Positions 30,948 to 40,881 of a stretch of DNA of 64,000 nucleotides are shown one piece after another. Positions within the stretch are counted from its first letter, which is position 1; every line of letters starts with the position of its first letter. Under the pieces are notes generated by a model that saw only the letters and a list, made by a program, of their open reading frames with translations, did no database searches and had not been told where the DNA came from. The position numbers were made by a program, and so were the translations under genes. Origin of the DNA: Gemmatales bacterium (GTDB taxonomy: Bacteria > Planctomycetota > Planctomycetia > Gemmatales > HRBIN36); NCBI GenBank assembly GCA_041640595.1, contig JBEPZY010000008.1:72484-136483 (forward strand), in the 5' to 3' direction.

Positions 30948-31108
30948 GCAATACCTTCGGTAACGATTAAGCAAAACGTTGCCAAGCATACCGCTGCCCC
31001 ATTCGCCACCACGCAATACCTTCGGTAACGGTTGAGCAAAAGGTTACCAAACATACCGCTACCCCATCCGCCACCACGCAATATCTTCGGTAACAATTAA
31101 GCAAAAGG
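30948..31108. repeat. 65-bp tandem repeat, ~2.5 copies
   Basis: GCAATAYCTTCGGTAAC...AGCAAAA units start at 30948, 31013, 31078. Confidence 0.9.
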
Positions 31109-31350
31109 CCCCGATGATCCCGCCGGCATGCCGCCCACTCGCCCAGCCAGAATCCCCGCAACCTCCAGGCCAACAGAATCCGCTTGGGCTGGCCGGAAGG
31201 CGAAGTTTTTCGCTGGTTCGGATCGCGAGTATCCGTTTCAGAGTATCAGCGTTCGGAGTGTCAGTCAGGGCCCGTCGCCGGGCGGGCTTGCCGCTACGTT
31301 GATGCAAGTGGACGTGGGCCCTGACAGGTCCGCATGGGCGATCTCTGCCT

Positions 31351-31666
31351 TGACAGGTGGGTTTGCGGCTATGCTGATGCAGGTGATGGCTGCCGGTGTT
31401 ATCGTCAGGGTACCAGCGACCATTGGCAGCGAGGTTCCCTGCCACGTTGATGCAAACGGTGGCCGTCAGCGTTACCGTGGGGCGATCGACTGGCGGTTGA
31501 CAGGCGGGTTTGCCGCTACTTTGATGCAGGTGATGGCTGCCGGTGTTATCGTCAGGGTACCAGCGACCATTGGCAGCGAGGTTCCCTGCCACGTTGATGC
31601 AAACGGTGGCCGTCAGCTTTACCGTGAGGCGATCGACTGGCGGTTGCCAGGCGGGTTTGCGGCTAC
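31351..31666. repeat. 147-bp tandem repeat, ~2.15 copies, abutting the NTPase stop codon
   Basis: Units start at 31351, 31498, 31645; the first two are near-identical; a partial related copy lies near 31281. Confidence 0.9.
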
Positions 31667-33813
31667 TGTTCCGAAGGGAGACAGAGCAACCGCAGCAGGG
31701 CTTCGCAATGAGTTTGCAAGAAGTCGGCCAGATTGGGCAGCGGCGTTTCCTCGGGCAGAGTCTCGGTGAGAGCGGCGAACCAGCGCGGGAAGGCGTACAA
31801 TTGGGCCAGGTCTTCAGCGCCCAGCGGCTCCAATCGCAAACGTTTGCCGCGAGACTGTGCTTCTTCCCACAGGGATTTGCTTTTGCCCGTCAGGTGCACG
31901 TCTTCCGCCGGGCGAAGCAGGACGAGCACATCCATAGCCGGCGGTTCCAAATCTAAAGCGGCGAGTTTGACCTGTAAATCGCGGAGTTTGCCGGGACCTC
32001 GCCCCAAAAACAATCCCACACCGAGCCGCCAGGGCTGACCGTCGCGGCAAGCCCAGTGGGCCAGCGTGAGCACACCGTAGGTTGGATGATTGCCGAAAGT
32101 CCATTCCGGTACCACATGCTGCAACCGCCACGCGCCCACTTTCACGCCGTGCTCCTGACACGCTTGCAAAAACGCACCCAGTCCGGCCTGCAATTCGCGA
32201 GTGGCACCAGTGATGGCACCCTCGGGAGCCAGTCGGATCCGGGCATCGGCTAATGCTTGCTCCCATAGTTTTTCCAGCAATGCCGCGAGGGAATCGCCCC
32301 CCTTGCTGCATTTGCTCCCGTCGGAAGTGTCGGAATGCTGCGGCGATTTTGTTTCCACAGCCTTGAGCACGGTAACTTGTTTGACCTCCGGTGGAATCGG
32401 TTCCGGTGGCGGAACTTCGACGTAGCCGACGTTTCCGGCAGCCCCATCCGCGACTGGCTCGGTTTCCTCGCTGGTTTCCTGCCCGTACACCAGACGGTCG
32501 AACAATCGGCGAAACTGTTGCAGCATGTCGCGCAATGTCGGTTCGGTGCGGGCAATTCGCAACACCTGTTCTTCATTGAACGGGAAAATCGGTGAAATTT
32601 CCGAGCCGAACTGTTCCAAAACTGGCCGCAAGCGCACCACCACCACCTTGCGAACCAGATCGGGCGTCGGTGGATCCAGCCGCACCGCTGCAACGCTTCC
32701 ATAACCGGGCAGGTGAAGCGGATGATTGAGGCGATCCTGAATGTACCCGTCCAGGCTCGGCACGAAACGGTTCCAGAGTCCACGTTCGGCAAAAATCAAA
32801 AAGCAGATGCCATCCACCTGATGCAGCACCTGCACCAGCCCTGCGAAGAAAGACTCGCTCACTTTGTGGCCATCTTCAGTACGCCGAACCAGCAGCAGGT
32901 CCTCAAGCTGGTCGAAGGCGACCACTACCGGAATCCGCAACGTCAAGCAGATGTCCATAACTGCCCGCAACTGAGCCAGCACCAGTTCCTGTCGGCTCGG
33001 TTGCACCTGGAAATCCAGTTCGGTGAAGCCGGTGGTCAGGAAATGTGCCAGGTCGTCCTCCTGTCCCAGGAGAATGGCCCGGGCAAAACCCTGATAAATA
33101 CGGCGACGCATTTGCCCGGCCACACTGTGAACTTCGTTGCGATCCACAAACTGGCACACCTGTTCGTACACCAAACGCGGGTCCATCTGCACCTGCAACA
33201 GTGCCTGGCGAACCGGCAAAGTGCTGGAACGACCGAGCAGCTGGATCAACCATTGACAACGCTCCTCAGCCTGGGCCTGGCCCAGCCCTAACCGTCGCGC
33301 CCAGCGGGTCAAGGGCGGGGCTGGGAAAAGCTCCAGCCGAGCCGGGGCGTCGAGGGTTTGCAACCAGTTGCGCACCAGGCGTCGGGTCAGTTCCTCGCCG
33401 ATATACACCAGCGGACGCACACCACCCTGGCAGGCACCGCTCAGCAAGGTGTCAATCAACTGAAAGAGCAGATATTCGAGAAAATCGCAACCTTTCTGAT
33501 AGGTGCTGGGAGTTACCAGCAGCTGGCGACCCCGACCTGGACCGTGTTTGATGGAATGCAACAGATGGGTTTTCCCCGAACCTTTGTTGCCGAGGATGGG
33601 CAAAACTTCCGAATGGCGTCGTCCATCCTGGCGATACAATTCCACCGCGGCCAGAACCATCTCCCGTTCGCGGGCATACAGCTCCGGAACATGGTAACGG
33701 GCACAGAGTTCATCATCGGGATGGCGAGCAAAATAATTGCGAAACGGATTACCGTGTCGCCGCAGGGCTTCCAATGCCCGTTCGTGCACGTGAGTAGTAA
33801 GTGTGGCAGTCAT
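31663..33813 (-). CDS. uncharacterised AAA+/STAND-like P-loop NTPase (716 aa)
   Basis: AAGGAG RBS; NPF N-terminal motif, Walker A GNKGSGKT, Walker B VVVAFDQLED, IFPF...PTLRDML helical lid, separate C-terminal domain. Confidence 0.85.
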   Translation of the reverse strand: MTATLTTHVHERALEALRRHGNPFRNYFARHPDDELCARYHVPELYAREREMVLAAVELYRQDGRRHSEVLPILGNKGSGKTHLLHSIKHGPGRGRQLLVTPSTYQKGCDFLEYLLFQLIDTLLSGACQGGVRPLVYIGEELTRRLVRNWLQTLDAPARLELFPAPPLTRWARRLGLGQAQAEERCQWLIQLLGRSSTLPVRQALLQVQMDPRLVYEQVCQFVDRNEVHSVAGQMRRRIYQGFARAILLGQEDDLAHFLTTGFTELDFQVQPSRQELVLAQLRAVMDICLTLRIPVVVAFDQLEDLLLVRRTEDGHKVSESFFAGLVQVLHQVDGICFLIFAERGLWNRFVPSLDGYIQDRLNHPLHLPGYGSVAAVRLDPPTPDLVRKVVVVRLRPVLEQFGSEISPIFPFNEEQVLRIARTEPTLRDMLQQFRRLFDRLVYGQETSEETEPVADGAAGNVGYVEVPPPEPIPPEVKQVTVLKAVETKSPQHSDTSDGSKCSKGGDSLAALLEKLWEQALADARIRLAPEGAITGATRELQAGLGAFLQACQEHGVKVGAWRLQHVVPEWTFGNHPTYGVLTLAHWACRDGQPWRLGVGLFLGRGPGKLRDLQVKLAALDLEPPAMDVLVLLRPAEDVHLTGKSKSLWEEAQSRGKRLRLEPLGAEDLAQLYAFPRWFAALTETLPEETPLPNLADFLQTHCEALLRLLCLPSEQ

Positions 33814-33895
33814 GGCCTGCTCCTTGGCCTGGTCTGGCGGTCAGTTTTCATCGCCCTGGATTTGCTGCGTGCGGTTCCCACCGCTTTTGCGCCTT

Positions 33896-34705
33896 TCATA
33901 AACAGCCGTTGCCCGCAGGTGCGTTGTTCCCAGATGCCCGCAGGCTGACGTAATATGCGATGGCGTGGCCGACCAGCATGGCGAGTTCCGGTTCGGGAAT
34001 TTCGTAAATCGGCCCTGCCCAGGGATGCAACACGATCTGCCCCTGCGCATACCATTGCCGCAACGCCTCCTGAAATTGTCCGACACTCAGTTGCGGATGC
34101 TGCTGCCGCAGCTGGCGGAACAATTCCGGCAATGGGCAGTCTTCCTGGGGATGCGTCTCCTGCCAGCGGCGGAGGAAGGGCCAGGCAGTAGCTTTCAAAA
34201 TGGCCGGATTGCCTGCCGCCCAGCCCTGTCGTGCCGAGGTTTTGAGTTCCTCGATCACACCGGCTACCCATTGCCGCAGTTGATCCAGTTCCTCGCGGCA
34301 ACGCTCCAGCATTTCGCCCCAGGTCTGCCATTGCTGCTGGCATTGAACAATCCGCTGCTGGAGTGCTTCCAGCGCGGTGGCTGGGTCGGTTTTGTGCAAC
34401 AGCCACTGAAGCCCGGCTTCGGTCAGCGTGTACAGTGCGGTTACAGTTTTGCCTGCGGGTCGGCTGGCCACGCACTCCAACCAGCCCCGTCGCTGACACA
34501 GTTCGGCGGCCTGCTGACCCAACCGGGTTCGCGGAAATAAACCGGGATTGCGACCAGAGGCGATCAGCGGTAAGGGTTCCGGCGAGGATAACGCCTTTTT
34601 CAAAGCCGCGAGCACCAGCGATTCCACAGCGGCAGACGTATTGCCAGAATTATCGCTGACGGTAGAGCAAGCTCTTTGGGTTTCAAGAAGGGCCGACGTT
34701 TCCAT
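33896..34705 (-). CDS. putative winged-helix / coiled-coil DNA-binding protein, partner of the NTPase
   Basis: GGAGG RBS; wHTH-like LCQRRGWLE...YTLTEAGLQWL; central heptad region; second wHTH-like LPELFRQL...FQEALRQW..QGQIVL. Confidence 0.75.
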   Translation of the reverse strand: METSALLETQRACSTVSDNSGNTSAAVESLVLAALKKALSSPEPLPLIASGRNPGLFPRTRLGQQAAELCQRRGWLECVASRPAGKTVTALYTLTEAGLQWLLHKTDPATALEALQQRIVQCQQQWQTWGEMLERCREELDQLRQWVAGVIEELKTSARQGWAAGNPAILKATAWPFLRRWQETHPQEDCPLPELFRQLRQQHPQLSVGQFQEALRQWYAQGQIVLHPWAGPIYEIPEPELAMLVGHAIAYYVSLRASGNNAPAGNGCL

Positions 34706-34930
34706 GAACACTTCCTCCGATATTTTGCCGCAGTCGCGGCATTATGCCGCAATCCTGCCGCCGTGCAAGCCCAAATGATGGACCGACAACGCAGGAAAAG
34801 CGGCGATGGTTCGCGTCCAGGGGAAGGTAGCTGAAAACAAACTCGTCTGGTTCACGATCAGGGCGGTTCCATTGCTCGGGCCAGCCATTGCGGTGCAACG
34901 ATCGCGTTTTGCCAACCGCGCATTATTCCG

Positions 34931-35488
34931 TTATCGGGGCCAGTAGCGCACTCGCCCCAGGGCATCAAAAACTTCCGCGCTCATGAGTTTCCAGGTGCCA
35001 TCCGGTGCCGGTTCAAAACGCATGCGAATCAATAGCGGGGCCGACTCCCCGACCTGGCCTTCGTAACTGCCGGTGAAGGAAATGTTCAGTTCTGCAATGA
35101 ATGCCGTGCCATCGCCAGAGCGCTCGACTGTGAGTTTCCCGGAGCGAATCCGCGCGACATGGGGCAGCGTTCGCCGCAACTCCTGCTCCAGAGTGGCTCG
35201 ATCTATTGAACCGGAACGGAATTTGTCGGCCACGTGGTGCAAGATACCATCGGCATCCTGCTTTTCCGCCGCGGCAACCATCGCCTGCACAGCCAGGATC
35301 ACGCGCTCGCGGTCGGTGACTACCAGGTAATCGGCCAGCGCGATCAGAGCCATCACCAGCGCGGCACCGATCACACCGAGCAGGTAAACGGCACGCTGAG
35401 TGTACACCGTCACCAGCAAAAACAGCACGCCGGCACCCGCAACGATCCAGTAAGCTGAACTCGGCTCGTCAATCAGCCAGTCCCACAT
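34931..35488 (-). CDS. membrane-anchored NTF2/SnoaL-like protein
   Basis: Two N-terminal TM helices, then TDRERV...ILHHVADKF...WKLMSAEV. Confidence 0.7.
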   Translation of the reverse strand: MWDWLIDEPSSAYWIVAGAGVLFLLVTVYTQRAVYLLGVIGAALVMALIALADYLVVTDRERVILAVQAMVAAAEKQDADGILHHVADKFRSGSIDRATLEQELRRTLPHVARIRSGKLTVERSGDGTAFIAELNISFTGSYEGQVGESAPLLIRMRFEPAPDGTWKLMSAEVFDALGRVRYWPR

Positions 35489-35575
35489 GGTTCGACCCCG
35501 AGCAAATCAGCCAAGTTGCCTGCTGGCTTAGAGCATCGCCTGAAGGATTCTGTGTCGGATCGCCTGAGAGATCAG

Positions 35576-37660
35576 CTAAGCCGGTTGGTTGCTCTCAGCC
35601 GGATGAGCATCGAGCCAGGCACGAATCGCCTCCTGTCCGATCAGCGGTTGCTGACACGTTCCCTGCTCGCACAAGTAAATGGCGGGAGTCGGTGATAGCT
35701 TGTCGGCCAGTAGTGCAAACGGAGCGTAGCCGTGTGCCGGAAGAGTCGGATCGAGCCACGCCACGATGCGTCGCGGTTCAAAAGTTTGCCACAACGAAGC
35801 CCAGGCCTGCTGCAACACTGGCTCGGTCACGGGGCCCGACAGGACAATTTCGCGCACTGGTCCGATGGCGAAATCCACGCCGCATAGGAAGTGCCCGAAC
35901 GCCGTCGGCAGGCGTTCGGCCAGTGGTGTCAGCCAGCGGAAAATGGCGTCGGCACAGTCACGGAAATCGGCTTGGCCTGTGAAATGCCATAAGCGCAGGA
36001 GCATCCAGGCAGCGGCACTGTTGCCCGAAGGAGTCGAACCGTCCTGGGCATCTTTCTGCCGAACCAGGAGCGGTTCATGGGCCAGTTGGGCGTAGAACAA
36101 GCCTCCGCCTTCCGGATCACGAAAACGTGCCATCATCTGCTCGGCCAGCACCACCGTATTTTCCAGCCAGTGTATTTCACCTGTGCATTCGTAAAGCGAC
36201 AGCAGGGCATCTGCGAACAAGGCGTAGTCGTCCAGGAAGGCGGGAATTTCCGGTAAACGATCCGGCAAACACGCGTGGAAAAGTTCGCCCGACCTCGGCT
36301 GCAAATGGGCGAGAATCCAGTTCGCGGCCCGACACGCCAGCTCGAGATAATGTGGATCAAAGACGCGGCCAGCCAGCGCCAGTGCCTGAATCGTCAGGGC
36401 GTTCCAGGCCGTGAGGATTTTTTCGTCGCGCGACGGTGCAATGCGTTGCTGTCGGGCTGCCAGTAATCGGCCCCGCGCTTCCTCCAGCCGGGCGAGCAAC
36501 TCCTGCTCGGACATCTTGAGCAAGCGTGCGCAGACCGGCAGCGGTTTCGCCTGAGCCAAGACCTGTTTTCCTTCCCAGTTGCCAGTCTCGGTAACATCGT
36601 AAACGTAGGCGACAATATCATACAGTTCGGGTGGCAAAATCGCCCGCAGCTCCGTTGCCGTCCAGACATAATACTTGCCTTCTTCACCTTCGCTGTCGGC
36701 GTCGAGACTGCTGAAAAACGGGCCGTCCGGAGCCATCATCTCGCGTTCCAGCCACGTCAACGTTTGCTCCACAACCTGGCGATAACGAGCCACACCGCTC
36801 ACCAGCCAGGCTTCGGTATAAGCCAGGCTCAAAAGGGCGTTGTCGTACAACATTTTCTCGAAATGCGGTACCAACCAGCGCTCATCGGTGCTGTAACGGT
36901 GAAAACCGCCGCCCACGTGATCGTAAATGCCACCGCTGGCCATGCCATCCAGGGTAAGCTTCACCATTTCCAAAATGTCTGCCTGCCGAAAGCGGTGAAA
37001 GGCACGCAACAAGGCACGCAGTTCCATAGCATGAGGAAATTTAGGAGCGCCGGCTAACCCGCCGTAAACGCGATCCAGATTCTGCTGCCATACCTCGACT
37101 AAGTGCCGCAACAATTCTTCGGAAGGCTCACTTTCTGGCAGGGATAGATGCAGGGTTTTTTGCAAATGTGCAGCAACTTCGTCGGCGGTCTGAAGGACAT
37201 CGGCACGGCGTAATTGCCAGGCCTGGGCTAGTGCGACGATCACATCGCGGAATCCCGGTCGCCCCCAGCGCCGCTCCGGTGGGAAATAGGTGCCGGCATA
37301 AAATGGCTTCAGGTCGGGCGTCAGGAAGACCGACATCGGCCAGCCTCCCTGTCCGGTCATGGCTACGACCGCCTGCATGTACAACTGATCCAAATCCGGC
37401 CGCTCTTCGCGATCCACCTTGATGTTCACGAAATGCTCATTGAGTAAGCGTGCAATCTCAGGGTTTTCAAAACTTTCCCGTTCCATGACATGGCACCAGT
37501 GGCAGGCCGCATAACCGATACTCAGGAAGATAGGCTTGTTCTCCTGCCGTGCCCGTTGCAGTGCCTCATCCGACCACGGATACCAGTCCACCGGATTATC
37601 GGCGTGTTGCCGCAGGTATGGACTTGCCGAGTCCGCCAGCCGATTCTTTTTGCCCGTCAT
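35576..37660 (-). CDS. thioredoxin domain-containing protein (YyaL/DUF255, SPATA20-like)
   Basis: NRLADSASPYLRQHADNPVDW, CHWCHVMERESF, KVDREERPD, PHFEKMLYDNA. Confidence 0.95.
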   Translation of the reverse strand: MTGKKNRLADSASPYLRQHADNPVDWYPWSDEALQRARQENKPIFLSIGYAACHWCHVMERESFENPEIARLLNEHFVNIKVDREERPDLDQLYMQAVVAMTGQGGWPMSVFLTPDLKPFYAGTYFPPERRWGRPGFRDVIVALAQAWQLRRADVLQTADEVAAHLQKTLHLSLPESEPSEELLRHLVEVWQQNLDRVYGGLAGAPKFPHAMELRALLRAFHRFRQADILEMVKLTLDGMASGGIYDHVGGGFHRYSTDERWLVPHFEKMLYDNALLSLAYTEAWLVSGVARYRQVVEQTLTWLEREMMAPDGPFFSSLDADSEGEEGKYYVWTATELRAILPPELYDIVAYVYDVTETGNWEGKQVLAQAKPLPVCARLLKMSEQELLARLEEARGRLLAARQQRIAPSRDEKILTAWNALTIQALALAGRVFDPHYLELACRAANWILAHLQPRSGELFHACLPDRLPEIPAFLDDYALFADALLSLYECTGEIHWLENTVVLAEQMMARFRDPEGGGLFYAQLAHEPLLVRQKDAQDGSTPSGNSAAAWMLLRLWHFTGQADFRDCADAIFRWLTPLAERLPTAFGHFLCGVDFAIGPVREIVLSGPVTEPVLQQAWASLWQTFEPRRIVAWLDPTLPAHGYAPFALLADKLSPTPAIYLCEQGTCQQPLIGQEAIRAWLDAHPAESNQPA

Positions 37661-37998
37661 TGGCTTCTCCCGGAAGGGTGCAGGATTTTGCCGGTCTGAA
37701 AAACCGCCGATCTGCTCCCGCGTACTCGCTCACCTTGCCAACATGAAGAAGGGCAGCTTTATCGGCGTTCGGCCCCACTCAGTGGCAGTATAGGCGGTCA
37801 ACGTGTCCCAGCCAAATCTGCAACATTTCTGGCTCCCCAGCCACTACGGTCTCGATGTTCGAATCCGGAACAGTGCGGCGCCCAACCAGGCTGTCCGTGG
37901 CGGATAAGCGGGAAGCCGCACAGCTGCTGTGGGCTTCAATTCCCCAGCGCCAAGCATCCCCGTCACCGGGGCCTAAACTCCGCTGGCCAAGGCTTCCA

Positions 37999-38979
37999 TC
38001 AGTCGGCGAGCCAGTAAAGCATGATCGGTTGCGGTCGCCCAATGACTCCTACTTGCGTGAAACCGTAGCGCTGGATAATGGCGATTGCCTGTTCGGCGTC
38101 TTCAGCACGACGAAAGCGGAAATAGCGATAACGCCCGTCAGTGATCCAGTAATCATGCCCCAGAGCGATTACGCGCAGTTGTTGCGGGGCAAACGTGATT
38201 GTTTGTTGACCGGGCATACGTCCACGCGGAGCCTGCCCGAACGACAGCCAGAACTCGATCCCCGTGTCCTTCTCTCCAACAGTTATGCGTTCGTTCAGCC
38301 GGTAATAACGGATAACGTGCAGAGCGAACATGGCCTCGGTTTCCTGGTAGCCAAAATCCTTGAGGACTTCCTGCCCGGCGAGCAATTGCCAGCGCCCCTT
38401 TTCCTGGCGTAATTGAACTTGCATCGGGTCGAATTGTTGTCGGCGTAAGCTGGAGCGCGAGTCCGGGTTGGAAGGTTTGTCGGGGGATGAGGCTGGCGGT
38501 CGAAGTTGTGGTCCAGCAGGTGGCACATGGATTCGATCAGAACCCGGCGCAGCAATGTTTGGTGGGAGCCAGGGAGAAGTGGACCCCGCTGGCGAACCGG
38601 TCTGGCCTGGATGCAGCGCTGAGCCGGGCGCGGACGGAACAGACTGCACTGGCGATCGGGGCATGAAATACGGACTGCCACGAAATGAATCGGTATTCCC
38701 GCTCGGCGCTACGCCCGGCAAAACGGGGGAAAGGACTCCCGGCATCGGCCAGAGCATCGGACGCACACCGGGATAGACGTAACCGTTCCACCCATTCGCA
38801 GCGGCAGGCGAAAGCGATGCGGGGACGTCCTGCGTACCAGAAGTGCTCCCGGCCACCGGGGTGGAAGCTGGACGGGAAACATCACGGCCGGCAGCGGGCG
38901 AGGGTGATTGCGGAACGTTCGGCATCATTGGAATTTGCCCCGCGGCCCAGCATGGCCATAGCAGCAAACCGACAACCAT
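37999..38979 (-). CDS. exported Pro/Ser-rich hypothetical protein
   Basis: Hydrophobic signal-like segment, Pro-rich linker, duplicated C-terminal module (EAMFALHVIRYY / DAEQAIAIIQRY); start uncertain, ORF open to 39300. Confidence 0.65.
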   Translation of the reverse strand: MVVGLLLWPCWAAGQIPMMPNVPQSPSPAAGRDVSRPASTPVAGSTSGTQDVPASLSPAAANGWNGYVYPGVRPMLWPMPGVLSPVLPGVAPSGNTDSFRGSPYFMPRSPVQSVPSAPGSALHPGQTGSPAGSTSPWLPPNIAAPGSDRIHVPPAGPQLRPPASSPDKPSNPDSRSSLRRQQFDPMQVQLRQEKGRWQLLAGQEVLKDFGYQETEAMFALHVIRYYRLNERITVGEKDTGIEFWLSFGQAPRGRMPGQQTITFAPQQLRVIALGHDYWITDGRYRYFRFRRAEDAEQAIAIIQRYGFTQVGVIGRPQPIMLYWLAD

Positions 38980-39375
38980 GGTGCAAGCTCTCGCCATTAC
39001 GGCAAGCCAGGCCGCACCATTTCGCCCGCCAGCTGCACATCGGGTTTCGGATTTGCACAATCGAACAGGCGAAAGGAGGTCGTTGGCGGGAGAAAGTTGA
39101 CCAATACGGGCCTCGGATTTGAACAACCGAACAGGTGAAGCCACGCACAAGTGCCTCTTGTTTGCTCGCGGCTCGGATTCGGGTATTTCCGCACACTTCA
39201 CATCCGGCAACCCAGTCGCGGCCATAGATTCGCCTCCATGCCCAGCTATCAAAGGCCAGCGGGTAGAACAAATTACTGCAACCCAGTCAAGGCCAAACAA
39301 AATCGGCTCCGAAGCCGATGCTCCGGAGCCGACGGTCAGGCCAGTCTCAGTTGTGAACCGCGTTCCCGGCAGTCG

Positions 39376-39675
39376 TTATTTCCCCTCGGGCTTTTTAGCC
39401 GGCAGCAGTTTGATTTCGGTGATCTTGCCGCCGTCTATGGTCACGTCCACTTTGGTGCCTTCTTTGAAGCCTTTGAACTTGTCGGCCGGAATGACGTTAC
39501 CTTTGGGGCTGAGAATCTTGACGTCAGCGACCTTGGCCGAGTACTCTTTGTCGCCGACTTTGACGACCACAGTCTGGGTGCCCTTGTCGTACTTTGCGAC
39601 GACCCCTTCGGCGGCCAGGCAGACCGCGACCCCAAGCAGCAGGGCCACCGTTACAGCGAGCAGTTTGCGGAGCAT
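39376..39675 (-). CDS. small secreted Lys-rich beta protein
   Basis: GGAGG RBS, signal peptide MLRKLLAVTVALLLGVAVCLA, strongly biased codon usage. Confidence 0.8.
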   Translation of the reverse strand: MLRKLLAVTVALLLGVAVCLAAEGVVAKYDKGTQTVVVKVGDKEYSAKVADVKILSPKGNVIPADKFKGFKEGTKVDVTIDGGKITEIKLLPAKKPEGK

Positions 39676-39837
39676 GCTTCAATCCTCCTATGCTGTGCAG
39701 GCCGTAGATGCGAAGGGTTCCGAACCCTCGTTCGGAATCCCGGGCACTCCGATAAGCCTCGTTTGATCGGAGCACCCATGTTTGTAACACCTATTATCGG
39801 AAAAAGTTTCGCCGCTGGCAACGCAGTGCCCAAAAAT

Positions 39838-40866
39838 TCAGAACAGACCGCTGCGTTCGTGAAAATGGGTAGGTTTGTCCCAAACCTCTCCGCCACGCAT
39901 CAGCCAGTCAGCTATCCATTCCACGAGCAGAGCCAGGGGGACACGCGGATAGCCAAACAGGCGGTGGGCACGTGAGGCATTACTCAGATAGGCGTCGCCA
40001 GCTTCGGTGCCGATAAAACGCGGAGTTTTGCCGAAACGCTGGCCGAATTGCTCCGCGGCCCAGCGTACGCTGACCGTTTCGGGCCCGGCCAGGTTCAGGA
40101 CTAAAGGAGGACTGTCCGCATATTGCAGGGCCTGGATCGTCCAGGCATTCACGTCGCCCTGCCAGACGGCGTTGAAGCAGCCGGTGGCCAGCGGGATCGG
40201 TTGTTCGTGGTACACGGCTCGGGCAATATCCACCAGCACACCGTAACGCAATTCGTGGGCGTAATTGAGCCGGAGAATGACCGTCGGTGTCGAAAATTTG
40301 CGGCTGAAGAATTCCAGTAACCGCTCTCGGCCGATGCAGCTGGCAGCGTATTCGCCATCCGGTCGTAACGGGTCTGTCTCCCGACTTCCGCCACTGGTAA
40401 CCGGCACCATCCCGTACACATTTCCCGTAGAAAACGCCACAATCCGGGACTGACGGTAGCGCTCCGCCACCAGGGCGGGCAGATAGGCATTGATCGCCCA
40501 GGTGCGGGCTTCGTTGCCGGTTGTGCCGAATTTCGTGCCGACCAGGTAGAAGACAATCGCGGCATCCGGGAGTCTTTCCACACTGGAACGGTCCAGGAGG
40601 TCGCAACGCAGAACTTCGATCCGGTCGCGGCTAAGAGATTCCGCAAGAGTCGGGTTAGCAAAACGGGAAACGGCAAAAATTCGCCGCGTGGCATCAGTAG
40701 CCCGGCGAAGCATCCGCGTCAGACTGGGTCCGATTTTACCGCCTGCTCCCAGCACCAGAATGTCGCCGGAAACGCGCTGCAAAGTCTCCACCACCGCCGG
40801 CGTCGGTTCGCTGAGTAGCTCCTCCAGGGTGGTCAGGTCGGGAATTCGCACGGGCAGAGCACTCAT
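39838..40866 (-). CDS. NAD-dependent epimerase/dehydratase family protein
   Basis: ILVLGAGGKIG Rossmann motif, FSTGNVYG, YAASC. Confidence 0.9.
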   Translation of the reverse strand: MSALPVRIPDLTTLEELLSEPTPAVVETLQRVSGDILVLGAGGKIGPSLTRMLRRATDATRRIFAVSRFANPTLAESLSRDRIEVLRCDLLDRSSVERLPDAAIVFYLVGTKFGTTGNEARTWAINAYLPALVAERYRQSRIVAFSTGNVYGMVPVTSGGSRETDPLRPDGEYAASCIGRERLLEFFSRKFSTPTVILRLNYAHELRYGVLVDIARAVYHEQPIPLATGCFNAVWQGDVNAWTIQALQYADSPPLVLNLAGPETVSVRWAAEQFGQRFGKTPRFIGTEAGDAYLSNASRAHRLFGYPRVPLALLVEWIADWLMRGGEVWDKPTHFHERSGLF

Positions 40867-40881
40867 AGGCAGCGCGCTTGC

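Noticed and set aside
33810..34499. 229-aa ORF overlapping the NTPase start
   Set aside because: Alternative frame of the wHTH gene, which has the RBS and protein-like composition
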